From the IMG/VR virus record IMGVR_UViG_3300002334_000124, positions 20,765 through 84,764 of that record: a DNA stretch of 64,000 nucleotides. One strand, 5' to 3'. The translations under genes and the position numbers were made by a program. The DNA comes from a virus. Positions 9,901-18,574 of this stretch are shown here, in pieces (the first letter of the stretch is position 1; each line of letters begins with the position of its first letter). The notes beneath the pieces are model-generated. The model had not been told where the DNA came from. It worked only from the letters and a program-made list of their open reading frames with translations, and ran no database searches.

Positions 9901-11884
9901 CGCTACGTCGGGGACGTTCGATGGTCGCGATGTGGCGGCTGACGGATCAAAGCTAGACGGCATCGAGACCTCTGCGACTGCCGATCAGACAAATGCTGAG
10001 ATTCGTACGGCGGTGGAAGCCGCTACTGACAGCAACATCTTCACCGATGCTGAGAATACGAAACTCGGTGCCATCGAAGCTAGCGCTGATGTAACGGATG
10101 CTACTAATGTAGCGGCAGCTGGTGCTCCGATTATCACAGCCCAGGCAGGAGCGCCTTCGTCGACCCCAGCTACTGAGGGTGATATCAACATAGACACCAC
10201 AGGTGACCGGGTATACATCGCGACTGGCACCGTGTCATCTGCAGATTGGGACCTAGTCCCTATCACTGGTGCGCAGATAAAGGCTCTGTACGAAGCTGAA
10301 TCTAACGCATTTACGGATACTAAGAACACCAAGCTGGCAGGTATCGAGACGGCTGCAGACGTAACCGACGAAACCAACGTTGCGGCCACTGCATCGGTAA
10401 TAGCTAACTCGGCAAAGGTGACCAACGCCAATCATACGGGTGACGTCACGGGTTCCACAGCTTTGACTGTTGACAAGACTGCCATTTCTGGGCAGGTTCT
10501 TGTTACTGCAGTTGGCACAGACCACGTACTGATTGGAGATGCGTCTGATACAGATAATCTGAAGAAAGCCTTGGTGTCTGATCTAACGGGTAGTGGTATC
10601 GCTAACGTCGTAGAAGACACTTCACCTCAGCTTGGTGGTCATCTTGACGTTAACGGTCAGGTGATTGGTGACGGTACCCGCGAACTTCTGACTTTCGTCG
10701 AAGATGGTTCCGCCGTCAATCACGTGGAGATTGAGAATCAAGCAACGGGTAGCGGTCCTATCGTCAGAGCTACGGGTGACGATGCCAATGTCGATCTTCA
10801 TTTGGACACAAAGGGTACAGGCAACATCAAAGCCGACGACGACCTTGATGTCACTGGCAACGTTACGGTCACCGGCACCGTCGATGCACGTGATATCGCG
10901 ACCGACGGATCAAAGCTAGATGGCATCGAGACTTCGGCAACGGCCGATCAAACTGACGCCGAAATTCGTACCGCGGTTGAAGCAGCAACTGATAGCAACG
11001 TCTTCACAGACAACGACCATACGAAACTGAACGCCGTAGAAGCGTTAGCGGACGTCACTGACACAACTAACGTGACCTCTGCAGGCGCTCTGATGGATTC
11101 TGAAGTCGACGTCGACATCAAGACCCTTGTGCTGCCAGCGAGTACAACAATTACGGCTGCAGCGGCTACCGTCCTAGACGACGCAACAGTAGCGGCAATG
11201 GTTGACACCCTTGGCGGGGCGAGCAGCGGAGGCACAGGAGGCCTCGCACGTCTTGTGTCTCCGAGCTTCACCACACCGGCCTTGGGGACCCCCAGTGCTG
11301 CTGTGTTGACGAACGCAACTGGCACAGCCGCTAGTCTAACAGTAGGAGCCACTACAGGGGTCGAAGCCGGTGCGGATGTAACAGATACAACCAATGTGAC
11401 TGCAGCAGGCGCTCTGATGGATTCAGAGGTTGATGCTGATATCAAGACTTTGGCACTTCCGGCTAATACGACCATCTCGACATTTGGCGCGACGGTAATT
11501 GATGACGCCAGTGCCGCAGCAGCTCGCGTGACGCTAGGTACTGATATCACCTCGGCTAGCGATGTTGATGATCTAACCAAGATCGCTGCTGTCAACTACA
11601 CCGGCACTACCGACACTCTGGCGCTCACTGACGCTTTTGCGCTGCTGTACTACAGCAACGCTTCGCAGGTGACGGTCACGATACCAACCAATGCTTCGGT
11701 AGCGTTCGCTGTGGGTACCAGGATTTGCTTGATGTCCACAGGAGCGGGTGGAATCACGCTAACAACTACATCTTTGACTCTGTTGGGATCTTCTCCGAAC
11801 AAGACAGTCGTTCAGAATGAAGCGTTCTACATTGAGAAGGTCGCTACGGATACCTGGGCGATCATCGGAGGCACAGCAGCATGA
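6908..11884 (+). CDS. Large repetitive fibre protein (head fibre/whisker or tail fibre), 1658 aa
   Basis: Repeated KLDGIE/KLNAIE..ADVTD fibre motifs; Ala/Thr/Asp/Gly rich; N-terminal BppU-like adaptor region. Confidence 0.75.
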   Translation: MNTDIPPVLKEITIYEAATYFKEFAVVDVDGAVVDISGWTGEALAVTAIGGVLQGTFEVHIVDGSAGTFSLYMSESQTANMSVGVYDVILTSDEATPGLYAVRHGPLDFVREASYSSVVEGVPLPDVESLNDLTDVVLVTPLSGQVLSYNGTTWVNSAASGLGDMLASTYDPATIAEQLVGLTATQTLTNKTLTAPVISGNLTTDGLIDGVDVATDVAANTAKVTYPSADSTKLAGIETAADVTDETNVAATASVIANTAKVTNANHTGEVTGSTALTVDKTVISGQTLVTAVGADHVLIGDASNADNLKRALVSDLTGGGIANIVEDATPQLGGNLDVNGFTVDGRDPSVDGTKLDAIEDNATIDQTNAEIRTAVEAATDSNVFTDNDHTKLNAIEALADVTDVANVGTAGAPIISAGAGAPSSTPTKVGDVYVDTTGDNVYAAAGTASSADWKQATGAGGGDLLAANNLSDVASAPTSRTNLGLAIGSDVQAHDAVLDATTASFLIADETKLDAIEALADVTDTTNVTAAGALMDSEVDADIKTLALPANTTITAAAATVLDDATTGAMLTTLGGATAAQGTTADSAMQDLVDDVTPQLGGALDVSGQSIVSVSAGDIPLTPDTTGNVIIDGVKHPQADGSANQLMKTDGAAQLAFADVNSLPVSRISGSTYSTIQHLQDIFHSVGLTSGGVITDDGDGTITVATGTGVIRATNSAVAEILFFDWAAESGVAVAVTDNAMNYVYAEYNSGSPQAVATISKRTDLMTNVLLGTVYREGTDLHITLSTAPGVGNHAAQMVQRMHETLPFARASGGVLSEIGTRNIAISAGSWWDGLTNFATSALDTSVAGTFRYFYSDGSGGFTEITAQTQINNTQYDDGSGSLATLSNNRYGAHWVYVSQNDAYLVVFGTVDGTLSVAEDAPEPSSLPPFFAETHARLIGKIIILKSASTFHSTQSAFDLTFSLQTASDHGGLVGLGDDDHSQYILVDGTRALTGDLATSGTFDGRDVAADGSKLDGIETSATADQTNAEIRTAVEAATDSNIFTDAENTKLGAIEASADVTDATNVAAAGAPIITAQAGAPSSTPATEGDINIDTTGDRVYIATGTVSSADWDLVPITGAQIKALYEAESNAFTDTKNTKLAGIETAADVTDETNVAATASVIANSAKVTNANHTGDVTGSTALTVDKTAISGQVLVTAVGTDHVLIGDASDTDNLKKALVSDLTGSGIANVVEDTSPQLGGHLDVNGQVIGDGTRELLTFVEDGSAVNHVEIENQATGSGPIVRATGDDANVDLHLDTKGTGNIKADDDLDVTGNVTVTGTVDARDIATDGSKLDGIETSATADQTDAEIRTAVEAATDSNVFTDNDHTKLNAVEALADVTDTTNVTSAGALMDSEVDVDIKTLVLPASTTITAAAATVLDDATVAAMVDTLGGASSGGTGGLARLVSPSFTTPALGTPSAAVLTNATGTAASLTVGATTGVEAGADVTDTTNVTAAGALMDSEVDADIKTLALPANTTISTFGATVIDDASAAAARVTLGTDITSASDVDDLTKIAAVNYTGTTDTLALTDAFALLYYSNASQVTVTIPTNASVAFAVGTRICLMSTGAGGITLTTTSLTLLGSSPNKTVVQNEAFYIEKVATDTWAIIGGTAA

Positions 11885-12558
11885 CTCTACTGATCCCTCT
11901 TGGAGGGATACTCCAACAGCAGGGCGCCGCTGAGGCGGACCCACCTGACTTTCGATCTGTTGCAACAGCACAGATTGACAACTCGGAGACCATTACGATC
12001 GGGAAACCCGCAGGCACAGTTCAGAATGACGTTATGATTTGCCTCATTGGGACTTCATCTGTTACAGCGACACAGCCGACCCTGGCAGGCTGGACTGAAG
12101 TGGGCTCGGGTCTATCGGGTTCTAGTATGTCAGGAGCTTCTTGGTGCTACTATAGAGTAGCGGGTGCGTCTGAGGGCTCTGATTACACATTTGACGGTTT
12201 GAGGTCCACCGACGATTCGTCAGGGTTTATCGCTTCTCTCACGGGTATAGATACCAGTACTCCGTTTGACGCATTTGGCGCCAGTCAGGGGGGTTCCCCA
12301 AACACCACCTCTGTCACTACTGTTGTGAATAACGCCTATATTGTTGGTCTTACGCATTCAGATAGTTCGGGTGCCCAGTCGTATTCTTCTAGTAGTTTCG
12401 ATGCCGAACGCCTAGATTTTCGCTTCACGAACAAGGATCACATAATGGCTATGTACACGGAAGACGATGCAGGAGCGGCCGGGCTAAAGAACCGGACTGT
12501 TGCCTTTACAGGGGGTGGGGCCGGACTTTGGGTGGTTAGTTTCCAGCCAGCATCATGA
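11881..12558 (+). CDS. Virion beta-sandwich protein (fibre tip/adhesin-like)
   Basis: ATGA overlap with the fibre gene; KPAGTVQNDVMI...WTEV motif of phage virion proteins. Confidence 0.55.
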   Translation: MTLLIPLGGILQQQGAAEADPPDFRSVATAQIDNSETITIGKPAGTVQNDVMICLIGTSSVTATQPTLAGWTEVGSGLSGSSMSGASWCYYRVAGASEGSDYTFDGLRSTDDSSGFIASLTGIDTSTPFDAFGASQGGSPNTTSVTTVVNNAYIVGLTHSDSSGAQSYSSSSFDAERLDFRFTNKDHIMAMYTEDDAGAAGLKNRTVAFTGGGAGLWVVSFQPAS

Positions 12559-12944
12559 GTTACGCATTTAGTCTCGATGGAACTACGATCGACAAGGTCT
12601 CTGACTCTTTGCCTAGAGAGACCTGGGTGGATACCACTACTCCTGGCGGGGTTTCCAAAGGAACCTTTGTTGATCTCACGGAAGCGAACAAGAACAGTTA
12701 CAACTGGTACTTCTTTGACGATACCGTTGTTCAACCATCTCTAGATCATGTGTCCAGAGGTGCGGAACGCGTGGGCAATGAGTTCTCTATTGTTTGGGTG
12801 TTTGACCAAGGACTGCAAGACAATCGTTTAGCGAATGAGGCGAGGAATACTAAACGACTGTCTGACATATCAGACCTTAGAGCGGGAAGGACAAGTGCTG
12901 CCGATTTGAGAGATCTAATGGCGGAGATTCTAGAGGAACTATGA
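12555..12944 (+). CDS. Hypothetical protein (possible fibre assembly chaperone)
   Basis: ATGA overlap; follows the fibre genes. Confidence 0.5.
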   Translation: MSYAFSLDGTTIDKVSDSLPRETWVDTTTPGGVSKGTFVDLTEANKNSYNWYFFDDTVVQPSLDHVSRGAERVGNEFSIVWVFDQGLQDNRLANEARNTKRLSDISDLRAGRTSAADLRDLMAEILEEL

Positions 12945-12955
12945 GCTACCTCTGT

Positions 12956-12981
12956 TTGATTTATGCTTCCTGATTGCCGAT
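12956..12981 (+). promoter_or_regulatory. Putative late promoter TTGAT-N15-GCCGAT
   Basis: Same bipartite motif with 15-nt spacing at 18520, 30025, 31473 and 48736. Confidence 0.55.
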
Positions 12982-12999
12982 CTAATAACAGGAGGAATA

Positions 13000-13512
13000 A
13001 TGACTGTCTTTCTTTCGGATCTGGTGTCGTCTCTAAAACGTGAAGTTCAATCGCCGGGAACAAACACGTATCCGTTAGCCACGGTTGAGGATTGGCAGGG
13101 CTATCTGGCCGATGCATTTTGGGAAGTAGCCCTCCTGGGAATAATCAACATTACCGTCTTCACTGAAGCTGATTACGAGGTCTCCCCTGTTACTAGTGGT
13201 GGCGCAGATTTGGGTCGTGACTATCAACAGCTTCTCGTTCTTTGGGCGGGCGCTAGAGTGGTGTCTGCGAAGATCCTGGAGTACAACTCGACTTTCCGTG
13301 CCGTAGCTGGCCCAGTGGAGTTTGAACAGCAGAAGGCCGCGTCGGTCATGACGGCCGTCCTTGAAGGCATCCAAAAGCGTCTTGCTGCTGTTCTAGAACA
13401 TCTACCCAACAGCGTGAACACTAATACGATCCAGTATTTTGATGTAATCACAGAGCGCACGCTCTACAACCATTCTCCGGCTGACTTTTATAACGGCTTT
13501 GTGGGGTACTAG
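13000..13512 (+). CDS. Head-to-tail adaptor (putative)
   Basis: Synteny, size, AGGAGG RBS. Confidence 0.55.
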   Translation: MTVFLSDLVSSLKREVQSPGTNTYPLATVEDWQGYLADAFWEVALLGIINITVFTEADYEVSPVTSGGADLGRDYQQLLVLWAGARVVSAKILEYNSTFRAVAGPVEFEQQKAASVMTAVLEGIQKRLAAVLEHLPNSVNTNTIQYFDVITERTLYNHSPADFYNGFVGY

Positions 13513-13515
13513 GTC

Positions 13516-13998
13516 ATGGAGACTGGCAACCCCCTACAAGATGGCTTCGATCCTACCGAGTTTCGCACCGCGATCGAATTTGCCATGGCTATGGGTCTTC
13601 CTGGAACTCAGAGTGAACGGATCACTTTTCAGTGGGATGATGAGAAAACTTTCGCTGACGCTGATGAACGTGGTAGTCCGTATACCTGGACAGATTCCCC
13701 AACATCTACTGTTTCGGCGGTTGATATTCCGTCATCTTTGACTGTGCCTTGTGCTGTCGAGTTCTCGGCTCGTCGCTCGTCTTCGGGTGATACGATCATA
13801 GGTTCTTTTGACGCTTCGGCTATCACCCTCACCCTTCTGGATACTCAGTATGCGTTGATACGGGACGTTAATCTGCAGCTTCCTAACAAGGTCATTGTGG
13901 ATGGCAATACTTACGACATCAGTTTCTGGGGTCCTCCTGTTGGTCTCTTCACTGTGACTGTATATCAGGCTCACGCGCAGGCGCGCGACGAGTCTTAG
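13516..13998 (+). CDS. Head-to-tail stopper (putative)
   Basis: Synteny; beta-rich C-terminus VIVDGNTYDI. Confidence 0.5.
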   Translation: METGNPLQDGFDPTEFRTAIEFAMAMGLPGTQSERITFQWDDEKTFADADERGSPYTWTDSPTSTVSAVDIPSSLTVPCAVEFSARRSSSGDTIIGSFDASAITLTLLDTQYALIRDVNLQLPNKVIVDGNTYDISFWGPPVGLFTVTVYQAHAQARDES

Positions 13999-14006
13999 GA
14001 GTAAGG

Positions 14007-14534
14007 ATGACTATTGTAGGCGGTCTTAGGACCAGACTTCTTTTCGACTCGTTGTACAACGAGATAGAGAGAGCGTTGACAGCCCTCGGATGGTTCGACT
14101 CTGGTCGTCAGCATCTTCCAATCAATTTCATCAACGAACCGGTGGATGAGAAAGAAGAAGTTGCTTTTAACACGCTTGTTCTTTATGCGGAAGATGGAGA
14201 CACCCGCCAGGAAGAGATGGGTAGCGACCTGTCCGAGCACAGACGTACGTTCTACTTAGACTTCTACGCCGAGAACATCTCGGTGGGGGAGCATTTGATC
14301 TTTGATTGTCAGGCGATTCTCGAAGGTCGTATGAGTTCGGTCGGTCGTTCCTCTCATTTCTTTGACATCTTCGATTATCAGCAGGCTACACCTCCTGTAA
14401 TCGCTAGTGCAGAGATTGGCGAGGACGTAATCATCGATCGAGCCATCACGTACAGTTTTCCGTGGCAGAAGCATTGGTATAGCTGCCAGTTCACTGTTTC
14501 GGATTTCTATGGAACGGAAGACGATGACGCATAG
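14007..14534 (+). CDS. Tail terminator/completion protein (putative)
   Basis: Synteny; acidic 175-aa protein with FYLDFYAE. Confidence 0.5.
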   Translation: MTIVGGLRTRLLFDSLYNEIERALTALGWFDSGRQHLPINFINEPVDEKEEVAFNTLVLYAEDGDTRQEEMGSDLSEHRRTFYLDFYAENISVGEHLIFDCQAILEGRMSSVGRSSHFFDIFDYQQATPPVIASAEIGEDVIIDRAITYSFPWQKHWYSCQFTVSDFYGTEDDDA

Positions 14535-14545
14535 GAGCGTGGGTA

Positions 14546-14833
14546 ATGCAGGATGCTGTGAGGGACTTAATCCAGAGCAGATGTAAGAGGACTTGTCGGA
14601 TCATTTTGGATGCCAAGGAGGAGTTATGTGATGTACACATGAGTCCCGAAGCCTCTGATCGGTTCAGGGAAGTGGTGTTGGATCAGATCAACGACTTCAA
14701 GAGTCTGTTTCTGACTTTGCTGGAATCGCTTGACGGGAGCGACATTCAGCTCAACCAGTTGTGGTTGGATCGTCTTGAGGAAATGTATGAGGTGATTCAA
14801 TCCATTGCCCCGGATGACGACATTACTGTATGA
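14546..14833 (+). CDS. Hypothetical protein
   Basis: AGGAG RBS; overlaps next gene. Confidence 0.55.
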   Translation: MQDAVRDLIQSRCKRTCRIILDAKEELCDVHMSPEASDRFREVVLDQINDFKSLFLTLLESLDGSDIQLNQLWLDRLEEMYEVIQSIAPDDDITV

Positions 14834-15927
14834 GCAGTCTTGACGCCATAGCTAGGGGCCATGTCACCCGTCGTGCTGGTTTCGCGCATACGAATCGCGT
14901 TATGGCGAAGCTGTATGAGGATGCCGTTGAGGGTTTGGGTTTCTCTAGCACGTTGTTTGCTAGGGACATCATCAACCAGGCAACTGAAAAGATTACCAGC
15001 GAACTAGCTGAAGAGATGCAGCTGTTTGCTATTGCCATGTCAGATAGGTCAGCTCGTAACCGTGATGGTCGCGTTACTAGGATCCATCAATTAGCTGGTG
15101 AGCGAGCAGTAGAGGCGACCGTACGGTCATACAATCGCACTAGGGCCAAGAGACGTAAGACTGCTGCCTCGTTCGAGGTTGGATTCATTCGTGATGATGG
15201 AGAGGTCGGGGTTCGCAAGGCTAGAGAGTCTATTGGTGCTTCGGTTAGACGCAAGGATCGTTTTGCCAATGGAAAATTACTTCGTGCTTTAGCCAGTCCT
15301 CAGATGTTTGATGCTCGTTGGGACGGCGTGAGCTTCATCAACAAGGCATGGTTGGATCGTAATGCGGCCCAATGGTATCGGTTGGCTTTCGGAGCTGGGC
15401 CGCGTGGTGCTGGCACTCCTTTACACAAGAATCACAGTATCCAGTTCTTTGGTCAGACCGCATTCTCGATGAGTTTGCAAGGCTTCGGTCCGTCAGCTGG
15501 TTTCTCTATGCCTGCCGGTCTTTGGTTTGGATTTGGTGGCTCTAATCTTTCTCCTGCCGACAATGACGGACAGTCAGTCAATTACGCACGCGGTGGTGCC
15601 CCCAATCCGGCACGTCGTGGTCTTGACCAGTTCATCCCAGGAGCCGGATCCTTTGCAGGGAGATCATTTCGTGGCCGTCGCACTAAAGGTATCAAGGGTA
15701 CGGCGTATCTTGATGCTGGTGTATTTGCCCTTACTCGTGAGTTGGGGCGTGGTTGGTCTGTGATTATGACGGAATGGTTCGAAGAGGCGGCTACTCAGGA
15801 TACGGGTCCGATTGCTACGATCGGTGTTTCGCCTGAAGCAGCTGCCACCTCATCGGCGAAACTCAAGAGTGAGCTAGCTTCGATGAAAATTGTCGCGGCT
15901 CGATACAGGTCTTCGTTAGCTCTGTAA
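14830..15927 (+). CDS. Basic virion morphogenesis protein (hypothetical)
   Basis: Arg/Gly-rich 365-aa ORF in the neck region. Confidence 0.5.
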   Translation: MSSLDAIARGHVTRRAGFAHTNRVMAKLYEDAVEGLGFSSTLFARDIINQATEKITSELAEEMQLFAIAMSDRSARNRDGRVTRIHQLAGERAVEATVRSYNRTRAKRRKTAASFEVGFIRDDGEVGVRKARESIGASVRRKDRFANGKLLRALASPQMFDARWDGVSFINKAWLDRNAAQWYRLAFGAGPRGAGTPLHKNHSIQFFGQTAFSMSLQGFGPSAGFSMPAGLWFGFGGSNLSPADNDGQSVNYARGGAPNPARRGLDQFIPGAGSFAGRSFRGRRTKGIKGTAYLDAGVFALTRELGRGWSVIMTEWFEEAATQDTGPIATIGVSPEAAATSSAKLKSELASMKIVAARYRSSLAL

Positions 15928-16054
15928 CGCTAAAAGAACCAGGCGTGTTGACCGATAGTCCTGATACGTAGATCTTGAAGTTTGTGACGTACCCGATAAT
16001 ACACGTTCGGGCAGAAACGGGCTTTATTTGAAGTATTCCTAACAGGAGGCAATA

Positions 16055-17263
16055 ATGGCCATTAAGGCAGGGCAAATCCTTCACGACGTGAATGGTTATG
16101 TCATCAACCGTATCCAGTCTGCTGGTCCGGGCAACGTCAACGTCCCCGAAGAGAAGGTATTCGAGCTTGGTAACTTCGAGTCTGTATGTACGATTCGTGA
16201 CATCCCCGACCTGAGTTTCGACATGGAGTCTCTCTCTACCTCAACCGAGGTGGAAGCTCTGCTAACTAACTTGGATCCGGAATTGACTCTCGACGGTCAG
16301 GAGTTCGATCTTTCGGATTCTCAGCCCATCGATGTTCTCTCGCCGTTCAAGTCTGCGACCAATCAGTTCGACATTGTTAACGGCATCATCGTTCCGCACC
16401 TCACTCTTGAGCGTGCGAGCTACAGGTTCGGCCTGCGTCAGAACGCTACGCAGCAATTCACGTTGCGCGGCGATTCGATCTACTACGTTCCGGGAACTCC
16501 GTATAAGGAAACTCACGCCCACATCGGCGCGACGACTTACACGTTCTCGACTCTACCTACGATCACCTACAGCGAGGCTGGCGATACGTTCTTCGCTTAC
16601 AACATTACGTTGAAGAGCGGTGCTACGAACCTATTCAAGCGTCTCTTCCTTGGTACCGACTACACCAACACTTCCACAGGTTTCACTCTGTTGGCTGACG
16701 AGTCGGGCACCTACGATCAGATCCACGTGGTTTACGGTTCGACTACCCCTACGACATATCCTTCTTCAGTCCACAAGGATGCCACTGTGCAGCCTTGTGC
16801 CATTCGTGGTAAGGACATTGACGTGTATGTCGGCGACGGTGCCGCTACTCAGCTCTTGGTTCGCTGGACAGGCGTTCAGAGTTTCGAGACCACATGGTCA
16901 GTGACTTTGGAAAACGATGAGGAATTCGGCAACAGCAAGCTTGTGTCTACCGACTTCGATGTCCCTGAAGTAACGGGCTCTCTTGGTCTTAAGCCACTTG
17001 ATGCTGCTGAGCTGTTCACACGTATCGCAAACATCGCTGGTGTTGCCACCAACGTAACTGCGGGCGCTCTAACCACAGACCCTCTCCCAGTAGAGGTTCG
17101 CTTGAGCGATCCGGATACCGGTTCCGTTGTGAAGACCTTCTACATCTCGGATGCCCGTTTCACCGTTCCTTCAATCTCAGGTCGGATCCAGACGAAGTTG
17201 GAGACAACATTCAACTTCACTTCGGATTCGGGCTCTCTGAAGATTTACCAGGGTAGCCGATAG
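16055..17263 (+). CDS. Major tail (tube) protein
   Basis: AGGAGG RBS; precedes chaperone and tape measure; followed by a terminator. Confidence 0.75.
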   Translation: MAIKAGQILHDVNGYVINRIQSAGPGNVNVPEEKVFELGNFESVCTIRDIPDLSFDMESLSTSTEVEALLTNLDPELTLDGQEFDLSDSQPIDVLSPFKSATNQFDIVNGIIVPHLTLERASYRFGLRQNATQQFTLRGDSIYYVPGTPYKETHAHIGATTYTFSTLPTITYSEAGDTFFAYNITLKSGATNLFKRLFLGTDYTNTSTGFTLLADESGTYDQIHVVYGSTTPTTYPSSVHKDATVQPCAIRGKDIDVYVGDGAATQLLVRWTGVQSFETTWSVTLENDEEFGNSKLVSTDFDVPEVTGSLGLKPLDAAELFTRIANIAGVATNVTAGALTTDPLPVEVRLSDPDTGSVVKTFYISDARFTVPSISGRIQTKLETTFNFTSDSGSLKIYQGSR

Positions 17264-17277
17264 TAAGTTCTGATAGG

Positions 17278-17301
17278 AGAGGGGCCTTTGGGTCCCTCTC
17301 T
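17278..17301 (+). terminator. Putative terminator
   Basis: AGAGGGGCC-TTT-GGGTCCCTCT hairpin. Confidence 0.5.
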
Positions 17302-17379
17302 GGATCGCCCTCTAAGGCATGAGGCGATATGGTAAGGTAGTGTCATACAAAGCAGTACAGGCAAAGAGGAGAAAGAAGA

Positions 17380-18189
17380 ATGAGTTTCGCACGTGCTCTA
17401 TTGCAGGATCTCTACATCAAGGAAGCCCTTGTTGAGATCCCTAGACCCGCAGAACCCGAACTGGACGAAGAGGGTAGTCCGGTTTTGGATGACGACGGTA
17501 ATGCCGTCATGGTCGACCAGGACCCGATTGTCTTCTATGCACGGAAGATGAACCCTCTCCAGCAGGAGTCTGCTGCACGTAGGGCGTCAGCGGCTCAGAT
17601 TCATATGCGTCGTCTTGTTTTTCGTCCTGATGATCCCGATTATTCAATCATGGAATCGGCCGTCGACGAAATCGAAGATCTGTCAATGTTTGTTGCCAGA
17701 GTCGAAAGCAATAACGACACCGACAAGATGCAACAAGAGCTCTCGGAAGAAGACGAATGGGCGAAAGACAACTACTACCAGTCGTTGATTGATGCGTGGA
17801 CTCCCAAGATGAAGAGGGACTGGACCGAAAATACCGAAGAGGAACGTGATCCAGAGTCGAAAAGGATCTGGGCCGAGCTGAAGCGTTTCGATGACATTCT
17901 AGAAGACAAGATGAAGTCGCGTCGTACGAATCGTGCAGCTGAAGTTGAAGCTAAGCCCGAAGAAGAGCAACGAAAATTGGTCTTCAAGATCCTCTTGGAA
18001 CAGCAATGCAACGGGGAGTGGATGCGTGTATTCAATCTGTGGCGTCAGATTTATGGCATCGTGGACAAGAACAAGGATCGGGTCTTCGAGGATGAAGACG
18101 ATGCTATGTCGTCACCAATTGAAGCTCAACGGATCTTCCGCCAGGCCCTTGACCGCATCACCCTTAGCGTCACAGATGTAAAATCCTAG
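17380..18189 (+). CDS. Tail assembly chaperone (G)
   Basis: Between tail tube and tape measure; acidic, helical. Confidence 0.65.
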   Translation: MSFARALLQDLYIKEALVEIPRPAEPELDEEGSPVLDDDGNAVMVDQDPIVFYARKMNPLQQESAARRASAAQIHMRRLVFRPDDPDYSIMESAVDEIEDLSMFVARVESNNDTDKMQQELSEEDEWAKDNYYQSLIDAWTPKMKRDWTENTEEERDPESKRIWAELKRFDDILEDKMKSRRTNRAAEVEAKPEEEQRKLVFKILLEQQCNGEWMRVFNLWRQIYGIVDKNKDRVFEDEDDAMSSPIEAQRIFRQALDRITLSVTDVKS

Positions 18190-18518
18190 CGGGTAGCGCC
18201 TCTTTCCTTAGCATGGCTAGGGCTGCTCGCGACACTGGCCATGGGGCCATGCTTTTCCCTGCTGGAATAGATTCAGTGGAAGATATCCATTGGGATCTTG
18301 CCTTTGCGATTGAACACGCTAACACGGTAATCAGTTGGCAACGGAACCTGTCTAAGAAAGAGATGCCTCCACGTTGGATGTGGCCTTTCCCCGACGAGCT
18401 AGAGATCTGGTTTGAAGAAGTTGAGATGATCCGCGACAAGGAGAGTGGCGGAAGCTCAGATGACGAGTCTATGGATTCGAATGTTTTGGCTAAAGAGGGA
18501 GTGAGACAGCAGCTCTAG
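18168..18518 (+). CDS. Tail assembly chaperone -1 frameshift extension (GT)
   Basis: -1 frame open from 18168 across the G stop; GTA-AAA shift candidate at 18178-18183. Confidence 0.6.
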   Translation, partial: RHRCKILAGSASFLSMARAARDTGHGAMLFPAGIDSVEDIHWDLAFAIEHANTVISWQRNLSKKEMPPRWMWPFPDELEIWFEEVEMIRDKESGGSSDDESMDSNVLAKEGVRQQL

Positions 18519-18519
18519 C

Positions 18520-18545
18520 TTGAACAAATGGTCATAGATCCCGAT
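18520..18545 (+). promoter_or_regulatory. Putative late promoter TTGAA-N15-CCCGAT
   Basis: Recurrent motif, directly upstream of tape measure. Confidence 0.55.
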
Positions 18546-18574
18546 GATTTAGAGAGGATGAGGAGGGAAAAGAA

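Noticed and set aside
7900-11595. Long antisense ORFs opposite the fibre gene (also opposite TMP, lysins and dnaE)
   Set aside because: Shadow frames from codon bias and repeats; no RBS or recognisable motifs.
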